Both the position numbers and the translations under genes were made by a program. Below are positions 18,612 through 27,119 of a stretch of DNA of 47,558 nt, piece after piece. How positions within the stretch are numbered: position 1 is the first letter of the stretch; each line of letters opens with the position of its first letter. This DNA is from a virus. Under the pieces are notes generated by a model. It saw only the letters and a program-made list of their open reading frames with translations. It had not been told where the DNA came from and ran no database searches. The stretch is taken from the UHGV virus genome UHGV-1376407; one strand, given 5' to 3'.

Positions 18612-18938
18612 ATGTTAGAGGTGATGAAGATGAATGAGTTCAAAGGATACCCCGCCCCGTGGGACATGAGAATCAAAGATGGGATGGCAATCTTTGATTT
18701 TAACCATAAAGGTGAAGTTCCACACTACCGATTTGCTGAATGCGTTGTGTCACTAGTTACCGACGATGAGCCGCAAGATTATCTAATGGCAAACGCGAAT
18801 TTAATTTCTGCCGCTCCTGAGATGCTGGAAGCACTGCAAAATATGGTCGAATCATACCAATATGAGGCATCACCTGATAACCCTACGCTCCTGCAAGCGC
18901 GCGCCGCAATCACCAAAGCGCTCGGAGAATCCCAATGA
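18612..18938 (+). CDS. hypothetical protein, paralog of 53..367 (ANANLISAAPEMLEAL core)
   Basis: Shared N-terminus, core motif and leader sequence with the first ORF of the window. Confidence 0.6.
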   Translation: MLEVMKMNEFKGYPAPWDMRIKDGMAIFDFNHKGEVPHYRFAECVVSLVTDDEPQDYLMANANLISAAPEMLEALQNMVESYQYEASPDNPTLLQARAAITKALGESQ

Positions 18939-19051
18939 TCCGCCACGAAATCCGAAAAGAAGACCTGAAGGCGTGGGATAAGTTCAAAATCAAGCTGGCA
19001 TTAATCGTTATCGGTGTTGCCATTGCTAGTGTATTCGCCTTATCAAAGTGA
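18935..19051 (+). CDS. small membrane protein (38 aa, C-terminal TM helix), ATGA-coupled
   Basis: ATG overlaps the upstream stop. Hydrophobic LALIVIGVAIASVFAL. Not in the ORF track. Confidence 0.35.
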   Translation: MIRHEIRKEDLKAWDKFKIKLALIVIGVAIASVFALSK

Positions 19052-19085
19052 TTGCGAAGTGAAAAAATTCAACGCGGAGGTGAAG

Positions 19086-19730
19086 ATGCATGATTTTATT
19101 AGCCAGCAATCCGGCGAGGTGAAATACCGTGAACCATTTTTTGTGCCTGTTGACGAACTGGTTGTGAGTGAGCCGCATCCAGAAAAAGAGGTTGTGGAAT
19201 TTTTTGTTAGAGAAATGCAGTCCGGCATGAGAATGCCTCCTATTGAGGTTAAGCGACTGGATGATGGGAAGTTTGCCGTCGTCATAGGCAAGGCCAGAGC
19301 CATTGCTTCAATGATGGTTGAATCAAGAGCAGATGAGGAGAAACTTGTACGGTGCAGGATGTATGAGTACAAAAACCTTATGCCAATTTTCAACTCAATA
19401 CAGCGCAGCTCTGGTGATGTTAATGGTTTGTTTTTTAGAATTTGGGGATATAAATTTCTAAAAATGACGGGCATGACTGGCGAGGAGATATCAAGAAAAT
19501 GTAAGAGGAATATGGATGACCTCATCAAATGCATGATTGTAGATTCTATGCCGTGTCACATTAAAAAACTTATCTTGAACAGCACTCTGTCACCATCTCT
19601 GGCGGTGGTCGTTGTGAAAAAGTTTGGTGCGCATGAAGCACATAGGGCCATAACTAAAGCATCAAATGACCCTTCCTTATGGGAAGGAAAGAGAATTACC
19701 CCAAGAATGATAATGAATCATATTGATTAA
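19086..19730 (+). CDS. ParB/Srx N-terminal-domain protein (ParB-like nuclease/CTPase fold)
   Basis: ParB box PPIEVKRLDDGKFAVVIGKARAIA. Start placed at ATG 19086 with GGAGGTG RBS (track ORF starts at 19014). AT-rich. Confidence 0.5.
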   Translation: MHDFISQQSGEVKYREPFFVPVDELVVSEPHPEKEVVEFFVREMQSGMRMPPIEVKRLDDGKFAVVIGKARAIASMMVESRADEEKLVRCRMYEYKNLMPIFNSIQRSSGDVNGLFFRIWGYKFLKMTGMTGEEISRKCKRNMDDLIKCMIVDSMPCHIKKLILNSTLSPSLAVVVVKKFGAHEAHRAITKASNDPSLWEGKRITPRMIMNHID

Positions 19731-19750
19731 ACATAACTGGAATTCATAAG

Positions 19751-20566
19751 ATGACATCTCTCGGAAAAATTTACTCAGACAAAGAAACTCGCGGCGGAAT
19801 CGTGGTCAACAAAGGTTATCAGGTTCCTGTCGATCAGCTTTACCTTGAACCTGGATACAACATCCGCGAAGCCGATGAGCAGCACGTTGAATACTTCGCG
19901 CAGTGCTGGGAATCAGGCCAGCCAATCCCGGCGTTAACTGTTATTCCTGATGCCGACGGAAAGCGCATCAAGATTCTTGACGGCCAGCATCGTTATCTTG
20001 GCGCATTGCGTGCCATTGAGCGAGGAGTGCCAATTGCGCGAATTGAGTGCAAAGACTTCACCGGCGATGAGGCGGATAAAATCGCCTTCATGGTGTCTTC
20101 AAGTCAGGGCAGGCAACTCGACCCGCTTGAGCGTGCAAAGGCTTATGTGCGCCTCAAAGGGTTCGGATGGACGAATGAAGAAATCGCCAAAAAAGTAGGC
20201 CGCTCAGTTTCTGATGTGCAGATGCACCTGTCACTTGGTGATGTGCCTGATGCCATCAAGCAGCGAATCAACGCGGGCCAAATCAGCTATGCCAACGCCG
20301 TTGCAGTGGCGCGCGAGCATGGCGATGATGCCGTTAACGTTATTGATGCTGCCGTTGAGGAAGCGAAAGCGCAGGGCAAGGATAAGGTGACGGCGAAAAC
20401 GCTCAAGGCCAAAAAAGTTAAGCCGATTGACCGCCTGATTTGGCTGCTGAAAGGGGCAGACCATATGGTTGTCACTGAGGGTCATGTGGCACAGGAGACA
20501 GAAGAATTTTTGCGCCTTCCTTCTGCGGAGTTGAGTGAAGTGCTGGCGATTCTGGAGAAGCTATGA
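19751..20566 (+). CDS. ParB-like protein with DGQHR motif and ParB-type HTH (DndB/DGQHR-family-like)
   Basis: KILDGQHRYLGALRA replaces the GERRxRA box. HTH GWTNEEIAKKVGRSVSDVQMHLSL. Confidence 0.65.
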   Translation: MTSLGKIYSDKETRGGIVVNKGYQVPVDQLYLEPGYNIREADEQHVEYFAQCWESGQPIPALTVIPDADGKRIKILDGQHRYLGALRAIERGVPIARIECKDFTGDEADKIAFMVSSSQGRQLDPLERAKAYVRLKGFGWTNEEIAKKVGRSVSDVQMHLSLGDVPDAIKQRINAGQISYANAVAVAREHGDDAVNVIDAAVEEAKAQGKDKVTAKTLKAKKVKPIDRLIWLLKGADHMVVTEGHVAQETEEFLRLPSAELSEVLAILEKL

Positions 20567-20772
20567 TGAGTACATCACTGCTGTCTTTGCTAAGAAATGG
20601 TGAATATAGCATCAGAGAAATGGCAAAAATTTTAGGAATATCAAAACATCGTGTTTCGTGGTTCATTGCGGAACTTGAGCGCCGTAAATGGGTAGAGGTT
20701 ACAAGGTGCGCGATATGGCTTCACGATGGAACACGATCAAATAAACCAAATAAATACAGAGTTAAATTATGA
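20563..20772 (+). CDS. small winged-helix/HTH DNA-binding protein
   Basis: YSIREMAKILGISKHRVSWFIAELERRKWVEV. ATGATGA coupling to the upstream gene. Confidence 0.5.
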   Translation: MMSTSLLSLLRNGEYSIREMAKILGISKHRVSWFIAELERRKWVEVTRCAIWLHDGTRSNKPNKYRVKL

Positions 20773-20942
20773 CAGCAGAACAATTCATAGAGAAAAACCT
20801 GCGCGAAAAACTGCCAGGCATCGACAACGCGGCCATAGAGGCTGCAATTACCCACTACAGGCGCAACCAGACTGAAAAGAAGGGCAAGATTTTCGATGAA
20901 TGCATGAAGGTTGCAAAACAACACATGGTGAAGGTGAAGTGA
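20769..20942 (+). CDS. small hypothetical protein (57 aa), coupled on both sides (ATGA, TGATG)
   Basis: Fills the gap between the HTH gene and the clamp-like gene with overlapping start/stop codons. Not in the ORF track. Confidence 0.35.
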   Translation: MTAEQFIEKNLREKLPGIDNAAIEAAITHYRRNQTEKKGKIFDECMKVAKQHMVKVK

Positions 20943-21478
20943 TGAAATTAAAAGTTAGCAAGTTACTTCTTGAAGGCGCGCTGATGTTCCAGGCCAAACA
21001 TGATGTGCGTTACTACCTGAATGGCATTTGCTTTATGCCTGATGGTCGCGTTGCTGCTACTGACAGTCATCGCGCCATGATTGCCAGTAAGCACGAAAAC
21101 AAGATAAAAAGTAACGTCATCGTGTCGATAAGCAAGTCGCCAACTAAGCGCTATTCCTATGCGCTACTGGACACTGAAACAAATATTGTCACTTACCATG
21201 ACGAACATGAAATGATGGTTGGTGCGGGCATTTGTTCTGAAATTGATGGCAATTACCCTGATATTGATCGTGTCATTCCTAAGCAGACCGCACCAGCAGA
21301 GCAGATTGGCTTTAATGCCAAATATCTTGCAGATGTTGAGAAGCTGGCGAAACTGTTTAACCCGAAATTTGAGGCGGTTCGCTTTGAACTGAATGGCAAC
21401 ACCAGCGCCGCCGTCGCAAATATCAGCGCACCAACTGGCGAGACTGCCAAAGTTATTGTTATGCCAATGAGGATTTAG
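20942..21478 (+). CDS. truncated DNA polymerase III beta sliding-clamp (DnaN)-like protein: domain II plus C-terminal half of domain III, no domain I
   Basis: HDVRYYLNGICF...VAATDSHRAMI, YPDIDRVIPK, IGFNAKYLADV and C-terminal VIVMPMRI. These align with E. coli DnaN QDVRYYLNGMLF...VATDGHRLAV, FPDYRRVLPK, IGFNVSYVLDV and VVMPMRL. Start set at ATG 20942 (TGATG coupling). Confidence 0.65.
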   Translation: MKLKVSKLLLEGALMFQAKHDVRYYLNGICFMPDGRVAATDSHRAMIASKHENKIKSNVIVSISKSPTKRYSYALLDTETNIVTYHDEHEMMVGAGICSEIDGNYPDIDRVIPKQTAPAEQIGFNAKYLADVEKLAKLFNPKFEAVRFELNGNTSAAVANISAPTGETAKVIVMPMRI

Positions 21479-21771
21479 TGATGAAAAAGAGAGATGGTGA
21501 AATTAACATTCTGCACAATGATTCTTCTTGTGGGATGCTTATTATGAGAGGAGATTACACAGAAAGCCAAATACTTGATGCGGCAATTAATAGTGGAATC
21601 ATTTCTGATGATGAAAGAAAAGGATGGGAAAACCTTGGTGAGTATGGCAGATATTATCAATCATGGTTTAAAGCAGTTCCTGATGGAAGCGGGCAATTCT
21701 CAACATTTCATCATGCAGTTGATAAAAAACTAAGAGGCGCTTATTTTGCCTCTGTCATAGAGCGCTTTTAA
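21478..21771 (+). CDS. hypothetical protein (last gene of + accessory operon)
   Basis: GTG/ATG start overlapping the upstream stop. AT-rich. Followed by a terminator. Confidence 0.4.
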   Translation: MMKKRDGEINILHNDSSCGMLIMRGDYTESQILDAAINSGIISDDERKGWENLGEYGRYYQSWFKAVPDGSGQFSTFHHAVDKKLRGAYFASVIERF

Positions 21772-21798
21772 AAAAAGCCCCTTTCGGGGCTTTTCTTT
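21771..21798. terminator. bidirectional rho-independent terminator (GCCCC-TTTC-GGGGC, A-run upstream, T-run downstream)
   Basis: Between convergent genes ending at 21771 (+) and 21801 (-). Confidence 0.8.
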
Positions 21799-21800
21799 TA

Positions 21801-22631
21801 TCAAGAAAGATAGGCGTCGTCCTCAAACCACGAAACGTAAGCATTGATATTTTGTGCCGCAGTATCCAGTGACGTAATGCGCAACAGATAGGTAGTATTA
21901 GGTGCCATGATGACCTGCTCACCGAGTTTTGCCTGCGAATTACCCTGCCCCTGGTTTGATGCGTTCCCTTCACTATACGTCGCGGCCACCGTCAGCTGTC
22001 CAATGCTTGTCACAGTAGAGCCAGTCAGAAGTTGCGCTGTTGCAGTATGCGGCGCGATGTCATTTGGGTTATTAATCTCCGCAGCAGTGCCGCCAGTGGC
22101 TACGGCTTCACGGTAGATTGACGCCACAACACCTTTCCCGGTGTAGCCAATGATGCGCTGATTAAACACAACCTGTTTTGAGCCGGTAATAAAAATGCTG
22201 TCAAGGTTAGCCCCGCCAGCGACATCAGTCACGCGACGCGATGCGGTGAATAGCTTTCCCTGCTTATTGGCAAGCTCCGAGTAGGACTGCGCGACAACCT
22301 GGCTTGATGGCACTGAGGTGTCAGCTCGCCACACCAGGACTTTCAGGGATGCAACGCCAGCAGGAAGCTGTGACTTGATCACTTTCAGTCGCAGCGCAAT
22401 GCCATAATAATTATTATTGTTAACGTCAATCCAGAAGTCACCAGATGCAAACGGCGATACCATTACGGAAACAGAGCCGCTTGTTAATGGCTCATGGCCG
22501 CCGGAAGAGTTTAATGGCACAATCTGTACCTGCAATGCAGTCCAGTCTGCTGACATGGTTTCGCTAAGCAAAACCTCTCCGTCAGCTGGAGTTGTGTTTA
22601 TTTCGTACCTGACAGCCATGATAACCCCCAA
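21801..22631 (-). CDS. putative virion structural protein (beta-rich, Thr/Ser/Gly-rich; decoration/fiber-like)
   Basis: 276-aa ORF downstream of the capsid gene, flanked by terminators. Confidence 0.35.
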   Translation of the reverse strand: MGVIMAVRYEINTTPADGEVLLSETMSADWTALQVQIVPLNSSGGHEPLTSGSVSVMVSPFASGDFWIDVNNNNYYGIALRLKVIKSQLPAGVASLKVLVWRADTSVPSSQVVAQSYSELANKQGKLFTASRRVTDVAGGANLDSIFITGSKQVVFNQRIIGYTGKGVVASIYREAVATGGTAAEINNPNDIAPHTATAQLLTGSTVTSIGQLTVAATYSEGNASNQGQGNSQAKLGEQVIMAPNTTYLLRITSLDTAAQNINAYVSWFEDDAYLS

Positions 22632-22633
22632 TA

Positions 22634-22662
22634 AAAAACCCGCTTGTTTGCGGGTTTATTTT
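22634..22662 (-). terminator. rho-independent terminator hairpin (CCCGC-TTGTTT-GCGGG with A/T runs both sides)
   Basis: Hairpin between the 64-aa gene and the 276-aa gene. Confidence 0.6.
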
Positions 22663-22855
22663 ACTTGGTTTTCTTTGTCTTTGGCTGCGATTCTTGCGGA
22701 GTTGCAACTTCCAGAACTTTCTCACTAACTTGGCGAAGTTTTGACTCAATGTGTGGGCTTGATTCGTCAATGATATCACCAATAGCAAGCTCACGCAGGC
22801 GACCATCTTTATCCTTGACGAAGATTCCGCTGGCGATTACTTCATATTTAGCCAT
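22661..22855 (-). CDS. small hypothetical protein (64 aa)
   Basis: Strong RBS AGAGGT 5 nt before ATG. Flanked by two hairpin terminators. Confidence 0.4.
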   Translation of the reverse strand: MAKYEVIASGIFVKDKDGRLRELAIGDIIDESSPHIESKLRQVSEKVLEVATPQESQPKTKKTK

Positions 22856-22872
22856 GATAACCTCTGATAGTT

Positions 22873-22899
22873 AAAAGGGGCTTTCGCCCCTTTATTTTT
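22873..22899. terminator. bidirectional hairpin terminator immediately after the capsid gene (GGGGC-TTTC-GCCCC)
   Basis: GC stem with A-run/T-run. Classic post-capsid attenuator. Confidence 0.7.
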
Positions 22900-23986
22900 A
22901 CAGCGCGGTTTGCGTGCCGTAGCCGTTGAAAACTTTGCTTCGACCATTGAAATCCTTGCGGATTTGCAGGCCCATAGCAGCCCAGGTCAGGAAGTTAAAG
23001 TTAGCGTGCGGCGTGGTACGCGGCTCTGCATAGGTAGATACCGGCTGAGCGACGCGAGGGCGAATATACAGTGCATTCTTCACATAGCCAACGAAATGGT
23101 TCCCGGTCAGCTTGAAGTTGGTGCCGATAGACGCGATGCGGCCAACGTTGCCGGTTTTGCCGAATGCGAGGATATAATCCTCAATGGTGCCGCCTTTGAA
23201 GCCTGCCGCGTTGGAATACGGGCGGCTGAAGGAACGGCGCACAGACGGAGAAACCCACAGATTAACAGGCTCGAACACATTCTGCGCATCCAGAACCGCC
23301 TGGAAATCCTGGTTGAAGAACTCAACGATTTCATCAGGGGTTGCAGTTTGCAGGTCGATGTTCAGCGCGCCAGTACCAGAGGTACTCAGGTTGAGCTGCA
23401 CGGTGTTCGGGTGGTTGGTGATGCCGTAAGCAGTATAAACGCCATTCACGTTCAGGCTTGCATCGCCGACCAGCAGATAATCAGCCATGTCTGCACGCAG
23501 GTTGAAAGTGGTGCTTTCCTGGTCATCAATCAGCGGGTCGAAACCTTCAGACTGCATACCCAGCAGCTCGCGCCACTCGCGGCCATAACCGGTTTTGAAG
23601 ATCGGGATTACATCGCCGCTGTAGGAATAGCGGGTTTTATCCAGGTCTTCAGGCTCCTGCCCGGAGATGGTGCGCACAACCTTACCAGCATCGGAGGCCA
23701 TGCGGCTAATCGCCACAGTCTTGCCGATGTTGATGTTGGTCGCCAGCGTCATCAGGTCGGCCATCATGTCCATGCCGGATTCGTTGCGGAATACGCGGGT
23801 GGTCACGTCGTCCACTTCGCGCCAGTAATCTTTCGTTACCAGCGCAGTGGCGTTTACGCCGTACTCTTTCGCCAGAGCGTTTTCACCATTGATGAAAACC
23901 TTGCGGTCAACAGTCAGGTGGCGCCATTGCTCTTTAACCACCTGCGAGTTGGTGATTAAGCCTTTCGTAAAGATAATCTTTTCCAT
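22898..23986 (-). CDS. major capsid protein
   Basis: 362 aa, directly after the decoration-like and scaffold/protease genes. Followed by a terminator. Confidence 0.65.
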   Translation of the reverse strand: MEKIIFTKGLITNSQVVKEQWRHLTVDRKVFINGENALAKEYGVNATALVTKDYWREVDDVTTRVFRNESGMDMMADLMTLATNINIGKTVAISRMASDAGKVVRTISGQEPEDLDKTRYSYSGDVIPIFKTGYGREWRELLGMQSEGFDPLIDDQESTTFNLRADMADYLLVGDASLNVNGVYTAYGITNHPNTVQLNLSTSGTGALNIDLQTATPDEIVEFFNQDFQAVLDAQNVFEPVNLWVSPSVRRSFSRPYSNAAGFKGGTIEDYILAFGKTGNVGRIASIGTNFKLTGNHFVGYVKNALYIRPRVAQPVSTYAEPRTTPHANFNFLTWAAMGLQIRKDFNGRSKVFNGYGTQTAL

Positions 23987-23997
23987 TGTTCGGCTCC

Positions 23998-24462
23998 TTA
24001 CGCCGCAGGCATTGCAGCATTGCCAGCGCGGCGAACTGCAACGAGTTCAGCGCCATCAGATGCTACGGTGTAGGCTTCATACGCATAGAACAGGATGTTT
24101 TCACCTGCTTCTGCAACCTTTAACGCGCCGGAGCCATTGCTTGCCAGCGGAGTACCTTTTACCAGCGCGGAGGATGCCGCAACCAGAGCGTGATACGTTA
24201 CGCCAAATTCGCATTGCACTGCCATGCCGGTAGCATTTGCCGGTACAGCTTCGCTCACGTCACCGCCGCCAACATAGTTGTGTTGCAGGACGTAAGGGAA
24301 CCCCTGACCGCCAGCAGTCGCATGCGCGATGATTTTGTCGGAGGAGTTGAAGTCGACCAGTGCGCCAGGTTGCAGGGCGACGTTCATCAGCCCTTCGCGC
24401 AACTGCGGGTCGTTTTTGCGGGCCGGGCCGCCGATGATGGTGCCATAACGGATAGTAGCCAT
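23998..24462 (-). CDS. putative head decoration protein (lambda D-like position)
   Basis: 154-aa Gly/Ala-rich protein between the protease/scaffold and capsid genes. Confidence 0.35.
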   Translation of the reverse strand: MATIRYGTIIGGPARKNDPQLREGLMNVALQPGALVDFNSSDKIIAHATAGGQGFPYVLQHNYVGGGDVSEAVPANATGMAVQCEFGVTYHALVAASSALVKGTPLASNGSGALKVAEAGENILFYAYEAYTVASDGAELVAVRRAGNAAMPAA

Positions 24463-25862
24463 TATTCAGGTGCCTCCATATCAAAATCCTCTTCGGCACG
24501 GTTCGGCTGGAACCCGCCGGAAATCGGAGCCGCTTTACTGGTGAGCGCATAGGTTTCACGCAGTGCTTCGCCAGTCAGTGCATTAACAGCAGATTCCGGC
24601 AACTTCAGCTCAGCCATAATGGCGGCGCGCATTGCGGTTTCTTCCTGTGCGGCATTGGCTTGCAGCTGGTCGCGCAGGGTTTTGTTTTGCGCCTCCACAT
24701 CGGCCAGTTTCTGGTTGACTGCGGTCAACGATTCCTGAACCGGTTTGAGGGCATCGGCTAATGCAGCCTGTAATTCCTCGTTAGTCATTGAGATTTCCCC
24801 TTCGTTTGATTTTACCGGTTCAAGCTCTGTCTTATAAACAGCCTTAACCCGTTCACCGACTAATTCTACCATATCCTCACGGACGATGTAGGACTGCATA
24901 TAAATGGTGCCGTCAATCTCAACGCCGAAGTAATTATCATAAACGGCGACGATATAAGGCCATGAGTCGGCTGGCATCTCGGCCTTGATGATATTGCGGA
25001 GCTGTTCAGTAATATCGGTGAATGACAGTTGATTGCCAGTCAGGCGATTGATGGCGCGCTGCCACCATTTGATTTTGTTTGCACTTTCGTCGGCCATTGC
25101 CGATTCCTCAAGGTTGACTACAACGCGCTCAATGTCTTCGCCGTTAGCAGCGAAGATGCCGACACCATCAGCAGGGCCGCCAGCACCGGGAATGCCGGGA
25201 GGAAGAATTGCGAGGTGATCCCATTCCATATTCCTGGCAATCCAGGAATATTTTTTACCCTTAGAAGTTCCAGATGCCTGCTCGCGGTTAAGTAGCAATC
25301 CGGTAGATACCTGAACAGGTTCAGCATCAGCGCTATTAACTTTGAGGCCATCAATTCTCGACAGCAACTCTCTGCCTTTATCAGAGCGCTCAGCCACCAC
25401 TTTATTGATGTAAAGGTCTACCAGTGCCTTGCTGCCGTCATGAGATGAGTTCTCAATCCATGCACCAACACTGAACTGATTGGCGGCTCGCGTCATGTTG
25501 GCTGACACATATTTGCCGTCAATCTTCGGGTGGTCATAGGGCGCTGGTTTCCCGTCAAGCCCATGGAATGATTTTTTAATCTCATCGCCAGGATACAGGC
25601 CGCCATTCATGACAATATCATCCACAACCGGCACAACATTTTTGATGACATAATGCGGGTCGCCATCAATGATTTTTTCACTGATGTTGCTGGCTGAGTT
25701 GATGGTATACAGGATGTTAACCTGTAATTTATTATTCATGTGCTTAAATGCCTCCACCTCAGCAAGGCGCTTTTTCGCCGCCTCTTCGGTGTCGTACTCG
25801 CCAAACTGGTGCGAGCCATCCTTAGATTTAACGACCCACTTGTCGCCAATTTTGACAATCAT
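24462..25862 (-). CDS. putative prohead protease / scaffolding protein (C-like with C-terminal coiled-coil scaffold region)
   Basis: 466 aa. C-terminal heptad-rich segment ([41 protein letters not shown]). First gene of the head operon with GGAGAAAGG RBS. Confidence 0.45.
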   Translation of the reverse strand: MIVKIGDKWVVKSKDGSHQFGEYDTEEAAKKRLAEVEAFKHMNNKLQVNILYTINSASNISEKIIDGDPHYVIKNVVPVVDDIVMNGGLYPGDEIKKSFHGLDGKPAPYDHPKIDGKYVSANMTRAANQFSVGAWIENSSHDGSKALVDLYINKVVAERSDKGRELLSRIDGLKVNSADAEPVQVSTGLLLNREQASGTSKGKKYSWIARNMEWDHLAILPPGIPGAGGPADGVGIFAANGEDIERVVVNLEESAMADESANKIKWWQRAINRLTGNQLSFTDITEQLRNIIKAEMPADSWPYIVAVYDNYFGVEIDGTIYMQSYIVREDMVELVGERVKAVYKTELEPVKSNEGEISMTNEELQAALADALKPVQESLTAVNQKLADVEAQNKTLRDQLQANAAQEETAMRAAIMAELKLPESAVNALTGEALRETYALTSKAAPISGGFQPNRAEEDFDMEAPE

Positions 25863-25889
25863 GACCTTTCTCCGCGCTTACTTTATGCC

Positions 25890-25930
25890 CGGATTATAAC
25901 ACACCATGAATATGCACCACGAAACGGACG
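25890..25930 (-). promoter_or_regulatory. sigma70 extended -10 promoter for head operon (TGtTATAAT on - strand)
   Basis: Reverse complement of 25893-25901 is TGTTATAAT. Sits 30 nt upstream of the protease/scaffold start. Confidence 0.5.
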
Positions 25931-26044
25931 CGAGAAGGTAAAGCGGAGATGCGGTAAAAGCGAAAAGAGTAGCAAAGAATGATATCAGTATGATTGGCAT
26001 GGCTGCTACCTCCTGAGTGCAAGGTAACAGCCACGGAAGAGAAT

Positions 26045-26389
26045 TTATTGAGGACTATTCTTATTTAACATTCCGCAGTTAATTTTTGCGCGGTTTACTG
26101 CATCCATGAATTTCCCAATGGGCATCGTTTTGCGGATTTCAGCCAGAATGGCGCCGTGCAACATTCTTTCTTCGCCGTAGTAGAGCTTATCAAGGCGAGT
26201 GCGAACCAGAGCGCGGGTGCGTTTCATGTGGTCGCGCGCTTTCATAGCCTTCTCTCTCCATACCTTTCCTGCGTCGTGATTCCCAGCAAGCTGGCGCTCT
26301 ACGGCCTCAATCTCGAACGCAAGCGTCATATCAATATCATCCAGTTCGCTAATTGTTGCTTCCATGATTTCGTTAAGTTGTAGTTTCAT
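26045..26389 (-). CDS. hypothetical protein
   Basis: ORF in the - early cluster; coupled to the upstream gene. Confidence 0.4.
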   Translation of the reverse strand: MKLQLNEIMEATISELDDIDMTLAFEIEAVERQLAGNHDAGKVWREKAMKARDHMKRTRALVRTRLDKLYYGEERMLHGAILAEIRKTMPIGKFMDAVNRAKINCGMLNKNSPQ

Positions 26390-26661
26390 TCCTCACCCTC
26401 ATCAAAATATTTAATCTCGCCATCGACCATGTTTTGCCATGGGATATGCAAATCAGTGCCATTAACTGACAGCATGATGCTGTTATCCATCTCCGCGCAC
26501 CCATCAGCGAAGAATGTGCTTTTCTTTCCGTTTAACCACTCAATTGTTACTCTGCATTTTCTTTGTTCCACTACCCACCCCATCTCTCTGCGATTATTGG
26601 CTGTGCGTTCACAGTTAGTGACAAACAGCACGGTTCCTGATTTATGCTTTACCGCCCACAT
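26386..26661 (-). CDS. hypothetical protein
   Basis: ORF; ATGA-type overlap with the downstream gene. Confidence 0.4.
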   Translation of the reverse strand: MWAVKHKSGTVLFVTNCERTANNRREMGWVVEQRKCRVTIEWLNGKKSTFFADGCAEMDNSIMLSVNGTDLHIPWQNMVDGEIKYFDEGEE

Positions 26662-27119
26662 GACTGACGCGCCCCGGCAAGCAGCTTTTCAAACATCATC
26701 CTGTCGCGGCTCATGCCAAACGGGACAACCTCCTGCCAGTAATATTTCCACGCACCGCCAGGAAGCATTTCACGATCAACCTGACCAATGCTTGCCAGAT
26801 AGCGCATGCGCGCCTTGAGGGTGGTGTAGTTGACGCCGACAGCCTCCGCTATCTGCTTGCTCTTGCGCCCGGGATTCGCCTCAAGATAATTCTGAATTGC
26901 CAAATCGAGCGCAGTATTATCGGGATTGAGAAAATACTTAAAGCAGCGTCGCCCGTGGCTGATGCTTTCCTCTTTAATAATAAATCCCATTTTTTCCATC
27001 TCCACCAGGCAGAGATTTATTCTGACGCGGTCATTTGAGCCAGTCTGCTTGCGTATCATGGCATTTGTTGCGCCGCCGCAGCGCTCTATCACCGTGAGTA
27101 TTTGCGTTTTAAAGTCCAT
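26649..27119 (-). CDS. putative DNA-binding protein (two winged-helix-like segments); start moved to Met 27119
   Basis: Track ORF 26649..27230 overlaps the Lar-like gene by 122 nt. Internal ATG at 27119 has a GGAG RBS and removes the conflict. Confidence 0.4.
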   Translation of the reverse strand: MDFKTQILTVIERCGGATNAMIRKQTGSNDRVRINLCLVEMEKMGFIIKEESISHGRRCFKYFLNPDNTALDLAIQNYLEANPGRKSKQIAEAVGVNYTTLKARMRYLASIGQVDREMLPGGAWKYYWQEVVPFGMSRDRMMFEKLLAGARQSCGR

